Below are positions 1-11,021 of a stretch of DNA of 64,000 nucleotides, piece by piece (positions within the stretch are counted from its first letter, which is position 1; each line of letters opens with the position of its first letter). The stretch is taken from contig CM060731.1 in NCBI GenBank assembly GCA_030704615.1, forward strand, positions 60,202,001-60,266,000. The letters are read 5' to 3'. The position numbers and the translations under genes are program-made. This DNA comes from Takakia lepidozioides (taxonomy: Eukaryota; Plantae; Bryophyta). The notes below the pieces were generated by a model. That model worked only from the letters and a program-made list of their open reading frames with translations. It was not told the DNA's origin and did not search any database.

Positions 1-640
1 TCACATGCCCCGTAGAAAAGGCATTGTGGACTCCCTCTCTTGATTCTCTTTCAAAAGTTGCAGTCATGGTTGAGGACGTGCCTGATTTTATCAACTGTGC
101 CGCTGCAGCTATTGCCTTTAGTTGACCATCTACCCATTTAGGTTTCTTGTAGCTATTGATCCACATGAATCACAGGTAATCTGGAGCTTGAAGTCCGGCC
201 CTCTTGGATGAATCTGGACCCACACTCTATCCCTTCTCCTTCAGCTATCCATGCCTCTGCACAAATCATGCATTCATCTTTGCCCTTGCTGCTAGCAGCT
301 GACAATGACAACCTAGGAAACACCCAATCACACTAGTTCCTATGCTGAATTGCGTCTGCTACTCTCTATCATCTAATAGGCATTCAACTTTTTGCCTCGG
401 TTGTTCCACCATTCACTGGGGTCAACAAAGTATTCATTCCACACCTTCTCCTCATCTCTGTTATCTGTTTTGGATACTTTCCTGCTGCCACATCGGCAGT
501 TACTTGTCATAGTCATTCCAAACCACCACAGATCCACCCAACGAGCTAACTTACAGAATTCAATATGCATTTCATGGCCAAGTCTGATGAGAGGGCAAAA
601 CAGGCTGAAATAGGTCGAAGAAGGAGGTGCCCTCACCACA
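1..640 (-). pseudogene. 5' part of a PDF-motif/PLS-PPR gene copy (copy A), running off the window's left edge
   Basis: Exon 484-388 encodes DEEKVWNEYFVDPSEWWNNRGKK. After an intron-like gap (387-214, ending GTCCAG, donor degenerate), exon 213-1 encodes IHPRGPDFKLQITCDS/WINSYKKPKWVDGQLKAIAAAAQLIKSG with a 1-nt frameshift. This leader precedes the first PPR motif in the other copies. Confidence 0.75.
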
Positions 641-1100
641 TTCTCCAAGGCCTCCATACCACGCCCCTGTTGTGCACACCCTGCAAGCATCGTGTTCCAC
701 GTGATGAAAGATCGTTGAGGCATTCTGTTGAACACTTGGTGAGCATCCATGATGCTCCCGCACATAACATACATGTTGACAAGGGTGTTGAGTAGAAAAA
801 TATTTAGCGTGCACTTTGGATAATGTGAGTGTGCACTTGCTTTCTAGCTTCACTTGGCCTTTCATCTTGATGCACTTATGCAAGAGACAGACATACGTAT
901 CTGAATCTGCTGAAATGCCTCCTTGGTTTAAAGTCAGTAGAGCATCTTTCAGTCTGCCTGCCTCACAAAGCATCTTCACATGCACATAAGTGCCAGAAGA
1001 GGCATTGTGGACTCCCTCTCTTGATCCTCTTCCAGAAGTTGTGGTCATGGTTGAGGTGCCTGACTTTATCAACTGTGCCGCTGCAGCTATTGCCTTTGGC
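641..1100 (-). pseudogene. Truncated PLS-PPR gene copy (copy B): leader plus first PPR motifs
   Basis: AIAAAAQLIKSG...VKMLCEAGRLKDAL...DTYVCLLHKCIKMKG, then MYVMCGSIMDAHQVFNRMPQRSFITWNTMLAGCAQQGRGMEALE; frameshifted. The leader is homologous to 1-120 and 4400-4520. Confidence 0.8.
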
Positions 1101-4100
1101 GATGCAACCATGCACCTCTTTGCATCTGGTAATCTGACAGGCATTCACCTTGGGTACAATTCCAGCTTTGAAGATGTCGCCATGTGGACCTCTTTCCCCT
1201 TTTCCAAAGCTGCTAGGGCAGTGTTCAGATTGACATTTGGTACAATTCCAACTTTGATGATATCCCCATGCACCTCTTTGCCCTTCTCCAGGCCCGCTGC
1301 TAGGCTTGCACAAGCATTGCAAATGCACACAAACATGATATGTTTCCATTGCTCATAGGTCTCCAAAGCCTCCATTCCACATCCCTGTTGTGCATACCCT
1401 GCAAGCACATCATATCGCACTCCACGATGCCACATGTCGTTCAGCCATAGTGTCGAACACTCTCTTTGCATCCTAGATGCACCCACACTTTGCAAACATG
1501 TTCACCAGGGTATTGTTCATAATGTCATCTGGTACAATTCCAGCTCTGAAGATGTCGCCATGCACATCTTTCCCCATTTCCAAAGCTGCCAGGGCAGTGT
1601 TTAGATTGACATTTGGCACGGTTCCAGCTTTGATGATATCCCCATGTACCTCTTGCCCTTCTCCAGGACTGCCAGGCTTGCACGCACATTGCAAATGCAC
1701 ACAAACATGATGTGCTTCCCCCATCATTTGCTCATAGCTCTCCAAAGCCTCCATCCCACGTCCCTGCCGTGCATACCATGCAAGCATCGCACTCCACGAC
1801 ACCACATCTCGGTCAGCCATAGTGTCGAACACTCCCTTTGCATCCTAGATGCACCCACATTTTGCAAACATGTTCACCACGGTATTGTTCATAATGTCAT
1901 CTGGTACAATTCTAGCTCTGAAGATGTCGCCATGCACATCTTTCCCCATTTCCAAAGCTGCCAGGGCAGTGTTTAGATTGACATTTGGCACGGTTCCAGC
2001 TTTGATGATATCCCCATGTACCTCTTGCCCTTCTCCAGGACTGCCAGGCTTGCACGCACATTGCAAATGCACACAAACATGATGTGCTTCCCCCATCATT
2101 TGCTCATAGCTCTCCAAAGCCTCCATCCCACGTCCCTGCCGTGCATACCATGCAAGCATCGCACTCCACGACACCACATCTCGGTCAGCCATAGTGTCGA
2201 ACACTCCCTTTGCATCCTAGATGCACCCACATTTTGCAAACATGTTCACCACGGTATTGTTCATAATGTCATCTGGTACAATTCTAGCTCTGAAGATGTC
2301 GCCATGCACATCTTTCCCCATTTCCAAAGCTGCCAGGGCAGTGTTTAGATTGACATTTGGCACAATTCCAGCTTTGATGATATCCCCATGCACCTCGTGC
2401 CCTTCTCCAGGGCTGCCAGGCTTGCACGCACATTGCAAATGCACACAAACATGATGTGCTTCCCCCATCATTTGCTCATAGCTCTCCAAAGCCTCCATCC
2501 CACGTCCCTGCCATGCATACCATGCAAGCATCACACTCCACAACACCACATCTCGTTCAGCCATAGTGTCGAACACTCCCTTTGCATCCTAGATGCACCC
2601 ACATTTTACAAACATGTTCACCAAGGTTTTGTTCAGAATGACATCTGGTACAATTCCAACTCTGAAGATGTCGCAATGGACCTCTTTCCCCTTTTCCAAA
2701 GCTGCCAGGGCAGTGTTCAGATTGACATTTGGCACAATTCCAGCTTTGATGATATCCCCATGCACCTCTTGCCCTTCTCCAGGCAGGCTGCCAGGCTTGC
2801 ACGCACATTGCAAATGCACACAAACATGATGTGCTTCCCCCATCATTTGCTCATAGCTCTCCAAAGCCTCCATCCCACGTACTTGTCGTGCATACCCTAC
2901 AAGCATCGCACTCCACGACACCACATCTTGTTCAGCCATAGTGTCGAACACTCCCTTTGCATCCTAGATGCATCCACATTTTGCAAACATGTTCACCAGG
3001 GTATGGTTCAGAATGACATCTGGTACAATTCCAACTCTGAAGATGTCGCCATGGACCTCTTTCCCCTTTTCCAGTGTTCAGATTGACATTTGGCACAATT
3101 CCAGCTTTGATGATATCCCCATGCACCTCTTGCCCTTCTCCAGGGCTGCCAGGCTTGCACAAGCATTGCAAATGCACACAAACATGATGTGCTTCCCCCA
3201 TCCTTTGCTCATAGGTCTCCAAAGCCTCCATCCCACGTCCCTGCCCGTGCATACCATGCAAGCATCGCACTCCACGACACCACATCTCGTTCAGCCATAG
3301 TGTCGAACGCTCCATTTGCATCCTAGATCCTAGATCCCTTTGCACCCACATTTTGCAAACATGTTCACCAGGGTATGGTTCAGAATGACATTTGGTACAA
3401 TTCCAGCTATGAAAATGTTGCCATGGACCTCTTTCCCCTTTTCCAGAGCTGCCCGGGCAGTGTTCATAATGACATTTGGTACAATTCCAGCTTTGATGAT
3501 ACCCCATGCACCTCTTTGCCCTCGTCCAGGCTCGATGCACCCACACTTCGCATACATGTCCACCAGGGTATGGTTCAGACTGACATTTGGTACAATTCCA
3601 GCTCTGAAGATGTCGCCATGGACCTCTTTCCCCTTTTTTCAGACTGCCAGGGCAGTGTTCAGAATGACATTTGGTACAATTCCAGCTTTGATGATATCCC
3701 CATACACCTCTTTGCCCTTGTCCAGGGCTGCCAGGCTTGCACAAGCATTGCAAATGCACACAAAGTGGCCGGGGTTCACCCCCTCCCCCATCATTGGATC
3801 ATAGGTCTCCAAAGCCTCCATCCCAAACATCGCACTCCACAACACCACATCTCATTCAGCCATAGTGTCGAAAACTCCCTTTGCATCCTCAATGCATCCA
3901 CATTTGGCATACATGTCCAGGTCAGGGCAGTGTTCAGAATGACATCCGGTGCAATTCCAGCTTTGACCGATGTCACCATGGACCTCGTTCCCCTTTTCCA
4001 GGCTTGCACACGCATTGCAAACACATACAAACGCAATGTGGTTAGGCTTCACCCCTTCGCGCATCATTTGCTCAAAGGTCTCCAAAGCATTCGTACCATG

Positions 4101-4860
4101 CCCATGCTTGGTAATGCTGCCAACATTATATTCCACGTGATCAAAGATCGTTGAGGCATTATGTGTTGAACACTTGGTGATCATCCATGATGCTCTCCTT
4201 AACATACATGTTGACAAGGTTGTTGAGTAGAAAAATGTTTGGCATGAATCCACTTTGGACAATGTGAGTGTGCACCTGCTTTCCAATTGTAGGCCTTTCA
4301 TCTTGATGCACTTATGCAATACGTATCTACATATGTTGAAATGCCTCTTTGGTTTAAAATCTGTAGAGTCTCTTTTAGTCTACCTGCCTCATAAAGCATC
4401 TTCACATGCCCATAAGTGCCAAAAGAGGCATTGTGGACAACTTCTCTTGATCCTCTTCCAGAAGCTGTGGTCATGGTTGAGGTGGCTGATTTTATCAACT
4501 GTGCCGCTACAGCTGTCGCTTCCAGCTAACCATCTACCCATGGAGGTTTCTTGTAGCTATCCTTCCACGGGGATCCATAGGTAATCTGGAGCTTGAAATC
4601 TGACCCTCTTGGATGAATATGGACCCACATTCCATCTTGCTCCTTCAGCTATCACTGCCTCTGCACAAATCATGCATACATCCTTGCCTTGTTGCCAATG
4701 TGATCATCACACTCCACGACACCACATCTCGTTGAGCCACAGTTGAACCCTACCTTCGCATCTTCAATGCTCCCACATTCGGCATACATGTCCACCAGGG
4801 CGGTGTTCAGAATGACAAACCCTACAATTCCAGCTTTCACGATGTCACCATGGACCTTCC
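1101..4860 (-). pseudogene. PLS-class pentatricopeptide repeat pseudogene (copy C) with N-terminal PDF half-motif and a tandemly amplified PPR array
   Basis: Repeated P/L/S motifs (NTLVNMFAKCG, DVVSWSAMLAGYAQQGRGMEAL, FVCICNACASLAALEKGKEVH). 4618-4520 encodes IHPRGSDFKLQITYGSPWKDSYKKPPWVDG*LEA in frame with the leader and first PPR motif. Many stops and frameshifts. Confidence 0.9.
1473..3330. repeat. Tandem array of about 372-bp PPR-triplet units (about 5 copies)
   Basis: The anchor CTAGAT recurs at 1473, 1845, 2217, 2589, 2964 and 3323 (periods 372, 372, 372, 375, 359). The first three units are nearly identical. Confidence 0.95.
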
Positions 4861-6291
4861 ATGTCACTTCCAGGTGGAGGCAGTACATATTAAAATATCT
4901 ATTCCCCCAAGGCCACATATTCTTTACCTGTTTTTGTGAAACACACGTCAGCAAATGTGGCCCCGAGTCACGGGTGCAATCAATGCACAGTGGTTCATGG
5001 AGTCATTGAGTCGACTACATATTCACTTTAATGAATAAATATCTTTATTCCATTAATCAAATTATGAATGAAAATTTCTAGTCGCGTGTGCAATAATTAG
5101 AACCACTTGTAATTTCCGCTTTTTCAAATTTTATGTATTTAGCCCGGATTTTTGCTATGACTCCGGAGTCGTTGACCCCATTTCTGCCCGCCGTCTGAAA
5201 TGCCCCCGTGGGCCCTCATTGTCCGTTTCAACTCTCCAGTAGTCCCGCTTACTGCCAAGTGATTCCCGGAGTGGTTGGCGGACACCCAGTCGATTCGGAA
5301 AAGACACGAATGCTTCTAGTGTGGTGGCGGGGGTGGGGTGCTTTGGGTGCTTGTTTTTGGGCTAAGCATTTGGGGGGGTGGTTTTGGGTGTCTGCTGGTT
5401 TTGGGCTGACCATTGGGGGGTTTGGGGAAGGGGAAGAGGGACATGGCAGCTTGCCGGGGAGGTTTCTTGGCTTGGGGTGATCACACAATGGCCAGATTAG
5501 GGGGTTCAAGTCCCCCTCAGTTCATAGCTCATGTTTTTGAGTATGATTCCTGGTGTGGTTGTGGGAAGCAGTTGGCCGTTGGCAGGTCATGGAGGGAGAG
5601 CGCTGAAACGCAAGGTGGAGGGCCCCCTGACTTCCTTGGTTTGTGATGACGTGGCCGGATTTTTTGGCCGGAAATGTCCACCGGCTCCGGCAATTCTTGG
5701 CCGGAGCTGGGATTCAAGTAGGGATTCGGTTTTTTGGCATTCTTTGCCTACAAACAGCTTAGAATGTGGAATTTTTTTTCCAGGGTAGTCAGTAGGTAGG
5801 CAAACAACAACATGACCAGAGGAATTTGGATTCCCTCACAAATTGCCCCACATTTGGGGGGATGTGTTTTTCCCATGAGAGAAATTGGCATTTTTACCCC
5901 CCTGTTTTCCCATACAAAGCAACCATTATGCATTTTTGGAATTTGGCTCTGGAATTTTGGGAGGCTTTGTTGTGGGTGCCATATAATCTGAATCTGGGTA
6001 GGTTGTATCAATAAAAAATCAAAAAGGTTGACAATTTGCTTGGTCAAACCAAATTTTCATGTTGAAAATATATCCAACAAAAAAAAAAGCCCAGAACTTT
6101 TGTTATAATCTTCCACTTTAGACGGTCAAATCTCCTGAAATTTTTACTTCAGGTGCATGAAGTAGGTAGGATGACTTTGGAGCAGTTCGTCCCCTCAGAT
6201 GTTTGTCAAATGGGAGATACACCCTCATCTGTTAGGGTATGTCTGGTTTTAGACGGGGCCACCATAAACAGGCTCGTCCTTGAAGGGTTAA
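4861..6291. mobile_element. Putative non-autonomous DNA transposon remnant with one piggyBac-like end
   Basis: The PPR frame stops abruptly at about 4860. A non-coding stretch follows and ends GTCCTTGAAGGG|TTAA (6276-6291), i.e. TTAA-CCCTTCAAGGAC on the minus strand. No matching left end was found. Confidence 0.35.
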
Positions 6292-6332
6292 CATGGTCAC
6301 AAGATGGAGTATCCATCCATCCAATGCAGTGA

Positions 6333-6590
6333 TTTTTAATTTTAATTTTTTTTTAATTTTTTTTTAAATTTTTTAAAGGGAAACAACTGGGAGCAACAGC
6401 TCACAAATCAGGCCCCTTGATAGAGAGAGAGGACAAAATAACCTCTCAGTAACCTCGCCGTAAGGCTTTCCGATTCGACACTGCGCAAGGAAGGGGGAGA
6501 AGAGCGTACTACACCCGTCACGTTGCAGGGTTTGGACCCCAGGGTCATTCGGATGGCACTCAGTGCACTTTACCAACTAAGCTACTGACT
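6333..6590 (-). mobile_element. tRNA-derived SINE
   Basis: The minus strand has an A-box TAGCTTAGTTGGT (6584-6572) and a B-box-like GGGTCCAAACCC (6539-6528) at tRNA-like spacing, a body of about 150 bp, then an A-rich (A)nTT tail (6376-6333). Confidence 0.75.
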
Positions 6591-7540
6591 GTTGTTGTCA
6601 TTTGTGTTGTCATATATAATAAACTAGGGCTTCGAGTTGCTCCGCACTACTAGCGACGACTTCTTCACTTCGTTTATATTTTATCTGGATTTTGTCTGTC
6701 CGCATTAACATTTTGTTTTTCCATATTATTTGAAATTATACATATGTTTTTTTGGTTTTATGCTGGACATTAGCATTTTGTACAGCGGAATGCTGCATAG
6801 GTCAGTACACATCCCCAGGACCCAATAAAAACTCATTTTGTAGAAAGACCATACAACAATCATTGGCTGCCATCATTAAGTTCCAGCAAAATTTTAGGTT
6901 CAACATGAAAGTCAGTTTGCTTACCACTGCAATGCCAACAAAAACTCCAGACCTAAAGTGGAAAGTATGAATAAAAGAGCACATGTAAGGAGTGCCACCA
7001 AATTTGGACTCTCAACATCTTGAAGAGACATAACTAGCAGCTAGACCTCTTCACTAATTTCATCAATTATTAGGACCAACAAAAGTACTGACAAACTTTC
7101 TGAAGAATGGGTGTACTAATCTCTGGAAATCTTACTTCACCCAACTCCGTCTCCGTAAAACTTCCTGTCACAATTACATGCCTGACACGTGCTTTGTATT
7201 GCATGATGTGGGAGAGGAGGAAAAGGAATTTTCTGTTTGCCACCACAGTGGCTGGCCATTTGTTTTGTGTCTGGAGATGAAGGTAGTGGATCTGCCAACA
7301 TCCAGTCCAACAGGTGAAGTCCTGGAAGAACGGGAAGAGGAGATTTCAAGTACCTGAATATTAGGCAAGAGGAACTGACCCTGCTAAGATGAAGTTGACT
7401 TGGAAGTTAACTTGGAAAGCTGACGTGTCCAAGGCCATGTTGGAAGAGTGCAGAATGTCCGAACAACAGTTAGGCATAAAACCCTGAACTCATTTCCGGT
7501 TTGTGACATGGATGGGTGAAGGGCAGCCTTGACACTACTG

Positions 7541-7653
7541 TAATTTTAACTCAGGGTGGGGAGTGTACTTTTGAACAATAAGCGGATGCAGAGAGGAAAG
7601 GGAGACTGTCAATGCCTGGTGTGCAGACGGCTTGAAGATAATATCCATTTTCT
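7541..7653 (+). mobile_element. Old degenerate fragment of the EN-RT LINE family (zinc-finger region)
   Basis: Similar to 17825-17938 (AACTCAGGG...CAGAGAGGAAAGGGAGA...CATTTTCTG); encodes RGKGDCQCLVCRRLEDNIHFL. Confidence 0.7.
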
Positions 7654-7799
7654 GTGCCATTTCATTTCATTCTCTTTCTTTTCCTGCATCGGGAGGACTG
7701 CCTATGCCCAGCTTGCACCAGACGTAACCAGGAAACTGAAACTGAAGAACACTTCTTTTAGTGCCCTCTTATGAGATCTGTGGGAGATTCCATTGTTCA

Positions 7800-10700
7800 T
7801 GGTGAAGCCCAACCACATCACGTTTGGTTGCATTTGCAATGCGTATGCAGCCTGGGAGCCCTGGAAAAGGGGAAAGAGGTCCATGATGACCTCGTCAAAG
7901 CTGGAATTGTACCATATGTCATTCTGAACACTGCCTTGGTGGACAATATGTATGCCAAATGTGGGTGCATTAAAGATGCAAAGGCAGTTTTCAACAATAT
8001 GCAGGCTGAATGAGATGTGGTGTTGTGGAGCGCGATGCTTGCAGGGTATGCACAGCAGGGACATGGGGTAAAGGCTTTGGATACCTAGGAGCCAATGATG
8101 GGGGAAGGGGTGAAGCCCAACCACATCACGTTCGTTTGCGTTTGCAATGTGTGTGCGAGTCTGGCAGCCCTGGAAAAGGGCAAAGAGGCCCATGGCGACA
8201 TCGTCAAAGCTAGAATTGTACCAGATGTCATTCTGAACAATGCCCTGGTGGACATGCATGCCAAATGTGGGTGCATTAAGGATGCAAAGGCAGTTTTCAA
8301 GGAGGCATTTCAGCAGATTCAGATACGTATGTCTGTCTCTTGCATAGGTGCAAGATGAAAGGTCTTGAAACTGGAAAGCAGGCGCACACTCACATTATCC
8401 AAAGTGGATTTAACAAACTACTCAACATCCTTGTCAACATGTATGTTAAGTGCGGGAGCATCATGGATGCTCACCAAGTGTTCAACGGAATTCCTCAACC
8501 ATCTTTGATCACGTGGAATATAATGTTGGCGGGGTGTACCAAGCATGGGTGTGGTATGAATGCTTTGGAAACCTATGAGCAAATGATGGGGGAAGGGGTG
8601 AAGCCCAACCACATTACGTTTTTGTGCATTTGCAGTGCATGTGCAAGCCTGGCAGCCCTGAAAAAGGGCAAAGAGGTCCATGACGACATCGTCAGAGCTG
8701 GAATTGTACCAGATGTCATCCTGAACAATACCCTGGTGGACATGTATGCCAAATGTGGGAGCATCGAGCATCCAAAGGGAGTGTTCGACAATATGACGGA
8801 ACGAGATGTGGTGTCGTGGAGTGCGATGTTCGCAGGATATGCACAGCAGGGGCGCGGGTTGGAGGCTTTGGAGACGTATGATCAACAACCTAAGAGGCAG
8901 AGGAAAGCAATCACATTAGAAGCAAAACTATTGGCTACGAGGCAGCCAGAGGAAGAAGTTACTCATATTCTTGTGCAAGAGGGGGCACAGCAGCACAGAG
9001 AGATGTGGGTACAAACAACGCAACCTGTGGAGAGAGAACAGGAGGTAACTTCAGTATCACAGCCATCCCAGCCAGATGATCGGCTTGTCACAGAGTTACC
9101 ACAAGTTGTCTATGCAGTTCCACCACAAATAATTCATTTAGAGAAAGAATGGTTAGATATCCCCACTACAGAACAGGTGGTGGCAGAAATTGAGAAGGGG
9201 AACCTTCTCTAGGAGATGGGAGTGTTTGAGACAGCAACCACTGCCATAGAAGAGCAAGGTTCTTCACAGGGTGCAAAGGGGTGAAACCCAACCGCATCAT
9301 GTTTGTGTGCGTTTGCAATGCATGTGCAAGCCTGGCAGCCCTGGAAAAGGGCAAAGAGGTGCATGGCGACATCGTCAGAGCTGAAATTGTACCAGATGTG
9401 ATCCTGAACAATACCCTGGTGGACATGTATGCCAAATGTGGGAGCATCGAGCATGCAAAGGGGAGTGTTCGACCATATGGCTGAACGAAATGTGGTGTCG
9501 TGGAACACAATGCTCGCAGAATATGCACAGCAGGGGCGCGGGATGGTGGCTTTGGAGACGTATGAGCAAACGATGTGCGAAGGGGTGAAGCCCGACCACA
9601 TCACGTTTGTGTGCATTTGCAATCCGTGTGCGGAAGCACTTTGTGCATCTGTATGTTGCCACTGCCGTTGAACTGTCTCGATGGGTTTTATCATAGCTTG
9701 TTTGTTCATGTGTCTGAACATCTCGTAAGCGTGAGATAAACTTCAAGTAAAACTTCTTTAGTAGAATGGGTGCAAAGGCTGGAATTGTATTAGATGTCAT
9801 TGTGAACAATACCCTCGTGGACATGTTTGCCAAATGTGGAAGTCATTTCAGCAGATTCATATACGTTTGTCAAGATGAAAGGTCTAGAAGCTGGAAAGCA
9901 AGTGCACACTCACATTATCCAAAGTGGATTCATGCCAAGGATGCGAAGGGAGTTTTCAACACTATGGCTGAACAAGATGTGGTGTCGTGGCATGCTATTC
10001 TTGCAGGGTATGCACAGCAGGGACGTGGGTTGGTGGCTTTGGAAACCTATGATCAATTGATGGGGGAAGGGGTGAAGGCCAACCACATCACGTTTGTTTG
10101 TGATTGAAATGCTTGTGCAAGCCTGATAGCCCTGGAAAAGGGCAAAGAGGTCCATGGTTGCATCGCGAAAGCTGCAATTGTACCAAATGCGAAGGGAGTT
10201 TTCAATTGCTAAACAAGATGTTGTGTCGTGGCACGCGATGCTTGCAGGGTATGCACAACAGAGACGTGGGATGGTGGCTTTGGAGACCTATGATCAAATG
10301 ATGGGGGAAGGGGTGAAGCCCAAACACATCATGTTTGTGTGTGATTGCAATGCATGTGCAAGCCTGGCAGCCCTGGAAAATGGCAAAGAGGTCCATGGTT
10401 GCATCGCGAAAGCTGGAATTGTACCAGATGTCATTCTGAACGATACCCTGGTGGACATGTCTGCCAAATGTGGGAGGCATTTCATCAGATTCAGATACGT
10501 TTGTCTGTCTCTTGCTTAAGTGCATCGAGATGAAAGGTCTGGAAACTGGAAAGCAGGTGCACATTCACATTATCCGAGTGTGCAAGGATGCGAAGGGAGT
10601 TTTCAACACTATGGCTGAACAAGATGTGGTGTCGTGGCACGCAATGCTTGCAAGGTATGCACAGCAGGGACGTGGGTTGGTGGCTTTGGAGACCTATGAT

Positions 10701-11021
10701 CAAATGATGGGGGAGGGGTGAACCCTAACCACATCACGTTTGTGTGTGATTGCAATGCTTGTGCAAGTCTGGCAGCCCTGGAAAAGGGCAAAGAGGTCCA
10801 TGGTGACATTGTCAAATCTGGAATTTACCAGATGTCATTCTGAACTCTTCCCTCATGGACATGTATGCCAAATGTGGGAGGCATTTCAGCAGATTCAGAT
10901 ACGTTTGTCTGTCTCTTGCTTAAGTATATCAAGATGAAAGGTCTGAATGCTGGAAAGCAGGTGCACACTCACATTATCCAAAGAGGATTCACGCCGAGGA
11001 TGCAAAGGTAGTTTTCGACAC
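7800..11021 (+). pseudogene. Cluster of fragmented PLS-class PPR pseudogene(s)
   Basis: Same motif family as 1-4860 on the opposite strand (e.g. ORF 8340-9212: MYVKCGSIMDAHQVFNGIPQPSLITWNIMLAG...). It has frameshifts, repeated jumps back to the first PPR motif (about 8300, 9840, 10470, 10875) and foreign inserts at about 8886-9270 and 9640-9770. Confidence 0.9.

Noticed and set aside
1473-3330. Regular repeats as a CRISPR-like array, or TAG stops repaired by U-to-C editing
   Set aside because: The units are whole PPR coding triplets without unique spacers. The TAG replaces GAG, not CAG, and plant U-to-C editing is organellar, not nuclear.
990-4154. Long plus-strand ORFs over the PPR array (e.g. 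2388-3086, 3375-4154)
   Set aside because: Antisense shadows of repetitive PPR coding sequence, with no independent protein features.
6515-6590. Functional tRNA gene
   Set aside because: The acceptor and anticodon stems do not pair properly, and a body and A-rich tail follow, so it is treated as a SINE.
9269-9778. Both PPR inserts end in GGGTGCAAAGG
   Set aside because: Only 11 bp, and partly explained by the resuming PPR sequence; likely coincidence.
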